Source: Eledone cirrhosa (taxonomy: Eukaryota). Taken from it: DNA of 64,000 bases. A program made the position numbers and the translations under genes. The stretch spans positions 23,250,001 through 23,314,000 of the forward strand of contig OZ024747.1 in assembly GCA_964016885.1 (NCBI GenBank), given 5' to 3'. Below are positions 13,981-26,700 of this stretch, piece by piece (positions within the stretch are counted from its first letter, which is position 1; every line of letters starts with the position of its first letter). The notes under the pieces were generated by a model. The model saw only the letters and a list, made by a program, of their open reading frames with translations. It searched no databases and was not told the DNA's origin.

Positions 13981-14940
13981 TTCGGTGGGATTGGGATGTT
14001 CTTGGTAGAGAAGTCGATGTTGTGTTTTCGCATGGTGCGGGTGAAATGAATTGAGCTTAGCGGAAAAGTCTGGATACGGCGTGGTAGGGTCGGAAAGTGC
14101 TCTACTACGGGAGTAGGAGCTAGATAACGAAGGAAATGTGGTAAGGAACCAGGTGGACCGTAACGCACCAAAGTACTCAATACTTGAGGTAGTAGAGTGG
14201 GTAATAGGAACCAGTAAGACCCCGACAGCTGAGCTCAAGCCGTTTCGACGGCTAATTCTGGACTAAATGAAAATTTATCCTGGTATTTAAATAGCCGATC
14301 TTCTCAAGGGGTAATTCCATATATGGTCAAAGTGATTGTCAAAAATCAGTAGTAATTCTGTGGTTGCAAATTAGTAGGGGAGATGGTGGCTAAACCTGCC
14401 AGTAGGAGAAAGAGGGGAGGGGGTGGAGTAGACCCAATCAAGCGTTGGTAGTGCCAGCTACAGCTGGGCATGAGGTGAAAGAAGATACAGGGGAGGGGGA
14501 GGGGGAGGAAGTCGGAACGGTAGGTAGAACAATGGGGGGTAGAAATATATAGAAAAAAAAGAAAAAAAAAAAATACTGAGAGTGAAGAAAAGCAAATAAG
14601 TGTAAAGTAAAAAGTAACGTAAATTAAATTCTACGACCTAGGTCTCAGGCTATTGTTAGGCTAGAATAAAATAAAGAAAGGTTACGGTCCACCTGGTTCC
14701 TTACCACATTTCCTTCGTTATCTAGCTCCTACTCCTGTAGTAGAGCACTTTCCGACCCTACCACGCCGTATCCAGACTTTTCCGCTAAGCTCAATTCATT
14801 TCACCCGCACCATGCGAAAACACAACATTGACTTCTCTACCAAGAACATCCCAATCCCACCGAAAAAACTTTACCTTCGGATGCTCACACAAAAAATCGA
14901 TCTATTTGCGAAAAGACTTAGATGGAGAACTTTTTTCTAT
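13981..14940. mobile_element. Penelope-like element remnant with inverted terminal duplication
   Basis: 13981-14165 (-) and 14682-14940 (+) are inverted copies encoding [42 protein letters not shown], resembling PLE ORF N-termini; hammerhead at 14219-14312; embedded in (TA)n. Related pieces at 16201-16290 and 50211-50325. Confidence 0.7.
14219..14312 (-). ncRNA. Type I hammerhead ribozyme with U3-A8 core variant
   Basis: On -: ACCCC TTGAGAA GA(T)CGGCTA...TAGCCGTC GAAA CGGCT-TGAGCTC-AGCTG TC GGGGT; all three stems pair, GUC triplet, GAGCTC palindrome in loop III. Confidence 0.7.
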
Positions 14941-15032
14941 GATATATATATGTATATCTATATATGTATATCTATATATGTATATCTATATATGTATATC
15001 TATATATGTATATCTATATATGTATATGTATA

Positions 15033-15070
<38 letters not shown>

Positions 15071-15121
15071 ACAGTTATATATATATATGTATATCTATAT
15101 ATATGTATATCTATATATATG

Positions 15122-15169
<48 letters not shown>

Positions 15170-15182
15170 CATATATATATAC

Positions 15183-15217
<35 letters not shown>

Positions 15218-15272
15218 CATATATACATATATATATATATACATATATATATATACATATATATATATATAC

Positions 15273-15379
<107 letters not shown>

Positions 15380-15487
15380 CATATATATATACATATATAT
15401 ATACATATATATATATATATACATATATATATATGTAAGTATGTATGTATACGTACATACATATATGTATACAGACGTAGAGTAGCA

Positions 15488-15523
<36 letters not shown>

Positions 15524-15651
15524 CAGGTACACATACATATATCGGTACGCTTGGCCGAACTCACTCGATATGCAAATTAGGCTACTCAGCCGTTAATTTT
15601 CATAAGGAAAGTATATACTTTTGAACGTTCAACCATCTGGCAGAAGGGTAT

Positions 15652-15694
15652 ACGGTGCTGATGATAGCTAACAAGCTTGAAACTAGTACATCGT
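15652..15694 (+). ncRNA. Minimal type I hammerhead ribozyme
   Basis: ACGGTG CTGATGA TAGCT-AACA-AGCTT GAAA CTAG TA CATCGT; 6-bp stem I, palindromic CTAG stem III, GUA triplet (A15688). Confidence 0.75.
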
Positions 15695-15985
15695 TCCTGT
15701 GTCAGTGTTGAACAAAAAGGTGACGTGGTTGCCTTAACACCGTACGGCATAAATTCAGGCTGTTCATTTTGTTTACAAACGAACAAAGCGGGCGTTATAA
15801 TAAGCATCCGCTAAACTGATACGTACATATATGTATGTGTACCTGTATGTATATATATATATATATATATGCATGCTACTGTATGTCTGTATACATATAT
15901 GTATGTACGTATACATACATACTTACATTTAAGTAAGTGCCGTACTAAGAGTGAGAAATGAAATTTCGTTTTCATTTTATTACAA

Positions 15986-16131
<146 letters not shown>

Positions 16132-16132
16132 C

Positions 16133-16201
<69 letters not shown>

Positions 16202-16294
16202 GGAAAAGAGTCAGGACTCTGACGGCTAAGCTCCAGCCGTTTCGGTACCTAGATCCAAACTAAGCCACCTGGTATCTTACCACCTTCTTTGATA

Positions 16295-16795
16295 TAATAT
16301 ATATATATTATAACCATGTATATTATAATATATATATATTATAACCATGTATATTATAATATATATATATTATAACCATGTATATTATAATATATATATA
16401 TTATAACCATGTATATTATAATATATATATATTATAACCATGTATATTATAATATATATATATTATAACCATGTATATTATAACCCATATATATTATAAC
16501 CATGTATATTATAATATATATATATTATAACCATGTATATTATAACCCATATATATTATAACCATGTATATTATAATATATATATATTATAACCATGTAT
16601 ATTATAATATATATATATTATAACCATGTATATTATAATATATATATATTATAACCATGTATATTATAATACATATATATTATAACCATGTATATTATAA
16701 CCCATATATATTATAACCATGTATATTATAATATATATATATTATAACCATGTATATTATAATATATATATATTATAACCATGTATATTATAACC
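16295..16795. repeat. 31-bp minisatellite, about 16 copies
   Basis: Unit ATAATATATATATATTATAACCATGTATATT; period measured between ACCATG at 16344 and 16375. Confidence 0.9.
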
Positions 16796-17001
16796 CATGC
16801 TAGCGTGGAAAATAGACGTTAAACAAAGATGATGATGTTGATATATATATGTTATGTTTTGATTCATTATTTGTATGTATATATATATTCCATATATATA
16901 TATATGTATGTATGTGTGTGCTTACTCTAGTTGTTGAAGATAAATCAATTTTGATTAATTATTTTAGCATTGTTACACTTATTATTTTACACATCCATAA
17001 A

Positions 17002-17187
17002 GGGCGGTGGATTGGCAGTATCGGTAGAGGGTCGGACGCCAGGCTTTCCAGCATAGTTACGTCCCTTTACGATCTGAGTTCAAATCCCGCCGAGGTTGAC
17101 TTTGCCTTTCATCCTTACGGGGTCGATAAAATAAAGTACCAGTAATGCACTGGGTAATTGCTGGCCTTGTGCCTAAAGTAGAAACAA
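17002..17187 (+). mobile_element. tRNA-derived SINE with Meta-type central domain (dominant family, representative copy)
   Basis: A-box-like TGGCAGTATCGG, B-box GAGTTCAAATCC, central GCCTTTCATCCTTACGGGGTCGATAAAATAAAGTACCAG; 18-bp TSD. More than 25 full or partial copies, e.g. 3186, 18984, 19232(-), 27602(-), 31232, 34912, 41180(-), 44998(-), 45826(-), 49235(-), 50690, 52944(-), 61716. Confidence 0.9.
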
Positions 17188-17382
17188 TTATTTTACACAT
17201 CCATGGTTCTGATAGTTCAACAAATTTAGACATTTCTTCGTTTATCTCAAGAATATTGTTATTTGTGTTGTATTTAGACAGAGTATCTGTTTACAATCAT
17301 GTAGGCTGTTTATGTGATACTATGAAAATATACACATGCATTTATATATGTTAGACATAGTAAAAAAAGAAAGAAAAAGTGT

Positions 17383-18948
17383 ATGCACATGCATGCACGC
17401 ACACATACATACACACACACATGCAAGCACACATACAGACACATATGCATATACACAAACACACACATATGCAAGCACACATACAGACACATACAGACAC
17501 ATGCATACACACATACAGACACATGCATACACACAAACACACACATATGCAAGCACACATACACACACACATGCAAGCACACATACAGACACATATGCAT
17601 ATACACAAACACACACATATGCAAGCACACATACACACACACATGCAAGCACACATACAGACACATATGCATATACACAAACACACACATATGCATACAC
17701 ACAAACACACACATATGCAAGCACATGCATACACACAAACACACATATGCAAGCACACATACACACACACATGCAAGCAAACATAGACACATATGCATAC
17801 ACACAAACACACACATATGCAAGCACACATACACACACACATGCAAGCACACATACAGACACATAGGCATACACACAAACACAAACATATGCAAGCACAC
17901 ATACACACACACATGCAAGCACACATACAGACACTTATGCAAGCACACAAACACAAACATATGCAAGCACACATACACACACACATGCAAGCACACATAC
18001 AGACACATATGCATATACACAAACACACACACATGCAAGCACACATGCAAGCACACGTACACACACACATGCAAGCACACATACAGACACATGCATACAC
18101 ACAAACACACACATATGCAAGCACACATACACACACACACATGCAAGCACACATACAGACACATATGCATATACACAAACACACACATATGCAAGCACAC
18201 ATACAGACACATATGCATACACACATACACACACACATGCAAGCACACATACAGACACATATGCAAGCACACATACAGACACACATGCAAGCACACATAC
18301 ACACACACATGCAAGCACACATACACACACACATGCAAGCACACATACAGACACATGCATATACACAAACACACACATATGCAAGCACACATACACACAC
18401 ACATGCAAGCACACATACAGACACATATGCATATACACAAACACACACATATGCAAGCACACATACAGACACATATGCATACACACAAACACACACATAT
18501 GCATACACACAAACACACACATATGCAAGCACACATACACACACACATGCAAGCACACATACAGACACATATGCATATACACAAACACACACATATGCAT
18601 ATACACAAACACACACATATGCAAGCACACATACACACACACATATGCAAGCACACATACACACACACATGCAAGCACACATACAGACACACATGCAAGC
18701 ACACATACAGACACATATGCATATACACAAACACACACACATATGCTAGCACACATGACACATATGCATACACACAAACACACACATGCAAGCACACATA
18801 CACACACACATGCAAGCACACATACACACACACATGCAAGCACACATACACACACACATGCAAGCACACGCACACACACACACATGCAAGCACACATACA
18901 GACACATATGCATATACACAAACACACACATGCAAGCACACATACATA
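17383..18948. repeat. Complex CA-rich minisatellite
   Basis: Shuffled ACACATATGCAAGCACACATACAGAC / ACACAAACAC modules; source of spurious H/T- and V/C-rich ORFs. Confidence 0.95.
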
Positions 18949-19538
18949 TCAAATCTAATCAGTCTACCTCACCCAGTAAAAGATGGTGGATTGGCGCCGT
19001 GCTTTACAGTATAGTTATGGCCCTTTACGTTCTGAGTTTAAATCCAGCCAAGGTTAGCTTTGCCGATCATCCTTACGTGGTCAATAAAATAAAGCACCAG
19101 TAATGCACTAGGGGTCGATTTAAATGACTTCCCCTCCCTCCAAATTGCTGGCCTTGTGCCTAAAGTATAAATCATTATTATAGTCACAAAAGGTTGACTC
19201 AAATTCTGTGTTGTAGCAATAGTAGTAATACTTGTTTCTACTTTTGGCACAAGGCCAGCAATTATTCCAGTATATTACTGGTACTTTATTTTATCGACCC
19301 CGTAAGGATGAAAGGCAAAGTTAACCTCGGCGGGATTTGAACTCAGATCATAGAGGGAGGTAACTCTATGCTTCAAAGCATGGCGTCCGACCCTCTACCA
19401 ATACTGCCAATCCACCGCCAGTAATAGCAATAGTAGTAATACTATGTTCAATTTTATTGTATCAATGTTAATACTATGTTAATATTTTATCACATCATTC
19501 AACGATTCTTTCATTGTTATTTCTTATTTCTTCAACAG

Positions 19539-19705
19539 GTCTTAAAAAAACTAAACAAGATAACACAGTTGATGAATCTCTTGTTGGAAGGAAAGGCGTT
19601 CCACCCCAATCTACTACATACACCCCACTTCCATTTTCTAAACAAGATGGATTAGTTTCCAATGTAATTTCTGTAGATAAAAATTTGCCCCTTGAACAAG
19701 GATGA
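19539..19705 (+). CDS. Candidate long terminal exon of Sulf gene (SLKKTKQDNTVDESLVGRKGVPPQSTTYTPLPFSKQDGLVSNVISVDKNLPLEQG*)
   Basis: TTTCTTATTTCTTCAACAG| acceptor, phase 1 compatible with exon 1339-1456, 55 open codons, followed by about 5 kb of AT-rich UTR-like sequence with AATAAA near 24760. Confidence 0.6.
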
Positions 19706-20332
19706 TAGAAGACAGGCTTTAGTATAAAGTGGTGAAATTTATTCTATATTGTTTGTTAGTTAGTTATTTTCCAACTATTATTAATGCTTACCATAAACCA
19801 TAATTGCCTCTTTTATTACTCGTATTTGGATTATCATTTCTGTGACCATAATTTTTAAAAATCATTTTTCCTTTTTAATTTTTTTTTTTCAAGAAAGTAA
19901 TTGTCAATTTTTTTAAAATGAAAATCATATAAGATGAATTCCTTGTATATTTATTTTTACAGCATGTCAGTATTTCATGTTAAAGAAGGTGATGCGATGT
20001 AGAAAGCTTAGGCAGGAGAGCACTGGAACTAAAGGCTTTTACTGTGTCTTGTTCACTCCATCACTCTTGTGCAAAGTCTGAAATCCCACCAGGGCCAATT
20101 TTGCCCTTCATCCTTTCTTGAAGTTCAATAAAATAAATGCCATTAATATACTGAAGTATATACAAAACAAAAACAAGAAACAAAATAAGAATTGAGTAAT
20201 TCATGTTAAGAGACGGAACTGGTAATTAACCTTTTAAAGTCACAATCTTTTCATCACTCTTCTTTTTCTTTCATTCTTTCTATGTCCCGCTTTTCCTATA
20301 TTCTCAAGTTCTCTCTCGCCATCCCTTTTGCC

Positions 20333-20508
20333 CAGGCCTGTCGCTAAAGGGGACTACTGGATGGCACTGTGATGCATACCCACAGATTTAGAAAACAATT
20401 GTGGTGATATTGTTATTCCTAAATTCCACCTTAGAATTATTGTGAATTAGAGTGTCCACCCAGAATATTCTGAAGCTCACCAAACACCCTAGCCTGGTGA
20501 CAGGCCTG
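20333..20508. mobile_element. Short MITE (hAT-like termini)
   Basis: CAGGCCTGTCGC ... GTGACAGGCCTG inverted termini; imperfect TTTT(G/A)CC flanks. Confidence 0.4.
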
Positions 20509-20992
20509 TTTTACCTCCTGTTTGGTATTTCCTCCCCTTTCATTACCTTTATTTGTATAGCAAAAGTATGCCAGTATATATTGTATTAAAATATTAATCT
20601 ATCAAACTGTTTTGCTTGGTATGAAAAATGTAAGAGAACCTTTGTTTTATCAGCTTGTTTTTCTTAGTCCCCCTCTCCTTTCATGTCCATTCTAAAGTAT
20701 CTTAAAAATATCTAAAATATAAATTTATCTAGTTTTCTACCAGTTTATATAAAACATCTGTTGTCAGGTTCTTGTTACAGGGAAACCACTGAAGTCACTC
20801 TTCCTGTTAGACTGGCAGCAGTTTTACTAATATCATTTAGAAGAGCTCTCCATATACTTATAAAATTTTGTCTTTACGCTTTATTTTGTTGAATTCTTTT
20901 GATACCAGTCAACTAGAGAATGCCCTTGGTCTTTTGATACAAAATCTGCTTATTTTATATAGTGTTCATATTTAAATTATAATTTCCCATCA

Positions 20993-21480
20993 TTATTTTA
21001 TGGGGTCGATAAAATAAAGTACCAGTAATGCTCTGGGTAATTGCTGGCCTTGTGCCTAAAGTAGAGACAATTATTTTATGGGGAAATTGGGCAGTGATTT
21101 GGCAGTATCGGTAGAGGGTTGGACGCCATGTTTTCTAGCATAGCTACGTCCCTTTACAGTCTGAGTTCAAATCCCGCCGAGGTTAACTTTGCCTTTCATC
21201 CTTACGGGGTCGATAAAATAAAGTACCAGTAATGTACTGGGTAATTGCTGGCCTTGTGCCTAAAAGTAGAAACAATTATTTTATGGGGTAAATTGGCAGT
21301 ATCGGTAGAGGGTTGGACGCCATGTTTTCTAGCATAGTTACGTCCCTTTACGGTCTGGGTTCAAATCCCATTGAGGTTAATTTTGCCTTTCATCCTTATG
21401 GGGTCGATAAAATAAAGTACTGGTAATGTACTGGGTAATTGCTGGCCTTGTGCCAAAAGTAGAAACAATTATTTTATGGA
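20993..21480 (+). mobile_element. Head-to-tail array of three SINE copies
   Basis: Units separated by repeated ATTATTTTATGG target sequence. Confidence 0.85.
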
Positions 21481-22332
21481 GGAAACCTTTGGTTAAATTA
21501 TGTTCCAACAATCAGTTTCGTATACCAATAAATAAAAAGTTATTTACTAAATCCCTCTACATTCTTAGAGTAAATTCTTTAAGTAAAATATGGCCGTGAA
21601 AAGGTTTTGAACTTCATACAAAAATTACGAACTACAATCGAAATTATCTCCCTTAAACTTAGTTTTATGACATGTTGATTAACAACATAAACTGAAACTC
21701 CTAGAAAAATGTTCATTTAGAAACAGCATCTACTCTCATTCAAACTTTTTGCTATCTAATTTTATATTATTAATAATGCTGATTTACAAGACTCTCTTTC
21801 TCTATATTTCTTTCTTACACACATGCACATACAAATACACATGACCCCACCATCCTTTTAAAAATAAATTTTAAGAGTAATTACTTTGTGGAAGAGTCAT
21901 TTTCGTCCTTCAAAAAACACATCTCATGTTCACTCAGTCTATGGCTAATATTATCTTTCCTATTAATTATATAATATTCAGAACAAAATCTAATTTATTT
22001 AAAGGAACCTGTTTTCTGTGTATTTTAAAATTTCTTTCCATGTTTTTTAAAAATATATTTTGCACTCCTTCATCTCATAGAGCTTTTATTCTACATCTTA
22101 TTTTATTTATTTTTGTTTAAATTACAGATAATTCAAAAGATTGTAGTTCAGGCCATGTTGTAGTATAAGTGAATGTTTAAATTTATAGAACACTCAGAAG
22201 TTATATTTAATTTAACTGACATGAGATGTCAGTTAAATTATTATTTTAATGATTTTGGTGCTGCCAATTTAGCCAGCACATTTTGGTGATGTTTTTTTTT
22301 GTGTGGGGTGATGGACAATTTTGTGCTAAAAG

Positions 22333-22386
<54 letters not shown>

Positions 22387-22387
22387 G

Positions 22388-22545
22388 TTAACCTTGGTCT
22401 TCCTCTTCTAGTGTGTCCATGTAGGGGCTCCCAAAGGAGCACTGAGTCTGTTGGAGATGCAGGATATGGCAGCGATAATGAGGGACAGAGACCGCTGGAG
22501 AGAACTTGTCCATGGATCTCGGGAATTTTACCTGCCTTAAATAGA
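22388..22545 (+). mobile_element. 3' tip of a LINE (RTE-like) in (TA)n
   Basis: MQDMAAIMRDRDRWRELVHG resembles the DRxxWR terminus of RTE ORFs. Confidence 0.5.
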
Positions 22546-25029
22546 TATATATATATATATATATATATAGGCAGGACACTGGTGGGTTATATCTGCAGTG
22601 GTAGAACACTCAGTCCATGGGACGAGTTTGGTGGTAGTAGTAGTTCCACAACAGTTAGTAAACCATTTCTTAGGACAATTTGTTTCACCTTAACAGTTAA
22701 TCTGTTTTACCAAAACAGCCAGTACCAAATTGACATCACCAAAACAGCCAGTACCAAATTGACATCACCAAAACACCAGCAGCCACTTAGCTACACCCAA
22801 AACAGAGCTTATGTTGATTCACAATGGTGTAGATAGCAGTAGTGTGTTGTTAGTATATATAACAGTGAAGAACTGTTCAGATTTAAACTGGGAAATATGT
22901 GGTTAGCACAAGTCATCATAGGCAGCTATCTTAATAAATTGAGTAAACATCTGTTTAGTCTAACCTGACCATCTAACTCTGATATAATTTTTGTAATAAT
23001 CTTTGTAGAAATCAGCATTCTGCATGGTTGCAAACCTTGTCATGGTCATGCTTTCAGGTCAGGCCCAGGTCTACCAGATCTTCCTCCACAGACCTCAATC
23101 AGGTCTTGATGACTCAGCCTTGTTTCCTCTGTCCTTCTTCTGGCTTCAATTTAAGGATAGCCCTCACTGGTCTCTTCATGTACATGTGTAACACATAGCC
23201 AAGAATCTTCCACCATTGTATGGTAATAGTATTCCAAAGATTACTCTGATTAGTAAAACTGGACAAAAAGGTCTTTTTCTCTAGAAATTTGTTTGTCATT
23301 ACATTCTATAGTATAAAGAAAAAGAAATTTAAAAAAAATGTTTTGATAGATAATTCTGTCACCGTTAAGTACTAATTACTTGATGTTTGTCAAGAAAGAT
23401 ATTGTCGGTAATTCAAATTATTGTACTTCTTTGATTTTTTTTTTTTTTTTTTGATTTTTCATTCATGTATCTATTTTGCTTTTCTTTTAAGGTGTCTGTT
23501 AGATGATAATTAGAGGCAATCAATTAGACAGATCTCTAATTAATTAATTGTAAGCATTTCCTCATCAACTTTGAAGCTTGGTGTATATATTTTCACAGTT
23601 CCCTGCTATGTGGTGTACTTTTAATAATTATTTTAAATATATAGTATTTCTGCTTCATTTAACTAATTCCAGCCTTTTGTAACTCTCAAAGATATGTAAA
23701 ATAATCACTTTTAGAAAGGATTGCTGTAGAAATATGTTCAGCATGACAGATAGTATGTCAGATTAAATAGCACTTTTAAATTAGAACACTAAAGAATCAA
23801 AACAAAACAAAAAAACAACAATAAGAAAAAAAAAGAAAAAAGAAAACCCACACATATGATGAAACCAATTGATGATAGTTAACAGTGAACTATCAAATAT
23901 TATGTAATAGGAAGGCTGCTGATTACTGAACGATCTTAAATGCAAAATCAATTAGTGTGTAATATGGGGCAAAATTTGGGAATTTTTATAAATATATATA
24001 TACATATATATATTTTTACATATACAAATAAGCTGTTGATATTTTTTTCTTCTTGGTTTCTCACAGCCAATAATTTTTTATATTATATAAATTTTTTTTA
24101 ATTATAAAAATTCTGTAAAATACCATTGTAATTGGTTGTTATATATTTGTATTTAAATGTGAACTCTACATATCTTAAAGTTCAATTTTTTTCCTTTTTT
24201 TTTGCATTATAATTGAAAACAAAATGTGATTTTAAGAATTCTGTGTAATTTTCATTATTGGTGTTTGAAGATCTCTTTTTGAGTTTGAAGACTAATGGAG
24301 ATTAATTCAAATGAAATTATTTCTAATGTCCAATTTGTTTCTTGTTGTTGACAACTGTATGAGGTTCTTGTGTAAAAGACAGACTTCATTGTACAATTCC
24401 TTACAAATAGTATGGCTCCATTCAGTTTAATGCTTTTTATATCTTATGTTCAATTTTTCAGTGACAAACACTTTTGTTGTTTATTACAGTTAACAGATGT
24501 ATGATTATGTTTTGCTTTGTTAGTGGACATTGTCCTGTTTTAAATAATAAAAGCAACTAATGAAGACTAACTTTGTCAAATGTAATATTAATTTCAGTGT
24601 TTCTTGACTTCATAGAGTAATATGTCAACAAAGTCACTTCCATTTTTATTTTCAGCCTTACCTTTGTTATTTCCTAAGGTGTATAGTCTAGATGTGTCAC
24701 TATGATCACAACCATGGAAGGTGATAGCTTTCACAATGTCACCTCTTACATTGCTAAACAATAAATATTACATTTCACACATGTCAGCAACGTGAGAAAT
24801 TATCACACACACACTTATATGTGTATGTATGTAAGCAAAGTCTCTTACATGGAAAAGACCATCTTAACTGTTTTAACACAAGAAAGAAATGTACTATTTT
24901 TCCTTCTCATATTAACTATACACATTCAACACAGACATCATATGATGAAACTTGCTATTCAAATTTATGCATATTTTTAAATTCACAGAACTATCTGACC
25001 CATACTAATTAATAAATGTATTTAAAAGA

Positions 25030-25890
25030 CGAAAACCTTAAGGCAAATAAAACAAACTCATGGTATAATAGCAATAAATACCAGAGTAATGTTCGTCAAT
25101 ACAACCCCTAGCGGTGAACTAGCTTAGAAGGGCCCTAGACAAGCTCAAATTAAATATTAAGATAGTTGAAAGACCACGTATTCCCACAAAAACCCTAATT
25201 AGTAAAACATACCCATTTCAAAGAACCCCCTGTGCTGATAGGAAATGCATAGTCTGCAAGCTAAGCCCACAAACAAACTGCAAAACAGGAACGTAGTATA
25301 TAGCATAAGATGTACTAAGGGACAGTGTAGGAATAAGAACATAATATACATAGGTGAAACAGCTCTTAGTATTAGAGAACATAGAGATAAAAATTATATC
25401 CACAAGAGAAAAGATGCAATGCTCAGACAAATCACAGAGGCGACAAACATAAACGAACTCCAACCAAAATTAAACAGAAAACGAGTGGAATAGCAACATC
25501 ATAACTAGTAATTAAGGACAAAATGAAGACATACTCACACAAAAACAAAACTAACAAAACTAACAAAACAAATCAGACACACACAGATAGAACAAACAAC
25601 CAACTAGTGACATGTAAAGACATAAATAAATAAAGAAAAACACACACACACTCGGATGTAACGCATGTGCAAACTAAGTACACAATACACAAAAACAAGA
25701 TGGTGTAGGACAAAATAAAAACCTTAGTCACTGAATAAGTCAGAGAATGTGTGACGAAAAAGCTTTGACAATATATAAACCTTCCACTTATCAAACCAAC
25801 CAACCGGAAATTTATAATAAATTCAAGTGAAAACCAACAGATGTGTTTTTTTTATTGGTAGCATGAAACCTCCCAAAGTCTAACAATCTA
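25030..25890 (+). mobile_element. Penelope-like element 3' remnant (GIY-YIG endonuclease)
   Basis: PCADRKCIVCK then (frameshift) RNVVYSIRCTKGQCRNKNIIYIGETALSIREH, a GIY-YIG signature preceded by a Cys-rich knuckle. Confidence 0.8.
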
Positions 25891-26700
25891 TATAAATATA
25901 TAAAGACCAAATTGTAAGGGAGGTAACTCTAACCGTCCTATTTCCTTTATTACAGAGTTATGTACTCTGTGCATAGTTAAGCAAGCTTATATCGGATTAC
26001 TATAATTTGTGAATTTTATTACAATTTATGATGTATGATCTGGCGTAATTTGCCTTATGTTAACTAACAAGTGAGTAATTAAATATCTAATTACAAACTA
26101 ATAATTTTTAACATGCAACATATTAAGTCATTTAAAGCTATATTTTTCTCCAAGATCCATAGAAATGTGAATGAGGAAAATATAAAAAATTTAAGGGATA
26201 GATATTGGTTTCTTTTTTGTTTAGGTAGAAAGAAGAAATGAAAATTTAGTTTCAGTAGTTTTATTGATATTACCAATCTATTGAATGACATTATTTGAGA
26301 TAAGGAAATGTTTCGTCTGCCTTCTGAATGAAGAATAGTCAGCTTCTCGTTGTTTTCTGTTTAAAACCTTCATTCGGTGTCTACATCATTCTCAGATCGA
26401 TACACTGTGTAAATAAATTAATAATTATGCGTTCAGCTTCAAAGGAAGAAAAGCTGATCCTGTATTTAGTAAAAAGGAATATATGCTGGAAGGGGTATCA
26501 GAGATAGACAAAATTTAACAGTAATAAACTGCCAACACCATACTAATACACTTTATTGATCACTCTGGCTGTGGTTAACACAAGAATAATATGAATGAAA
26601 ATATCAACTGGAAATATTTAAAGTTGTTGCCCTTGTTGCAGAATTAGTCAGTTATCTCCCATTAAAATTTGAAACTATTATCAAATCAACATTTTCAATT

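Noticed and set aside
17310-19103. His/Thr- and Val/Cys-rich ORFs in all six frames
   Set aside because: Artefacts of a CA-rich minisatellite.
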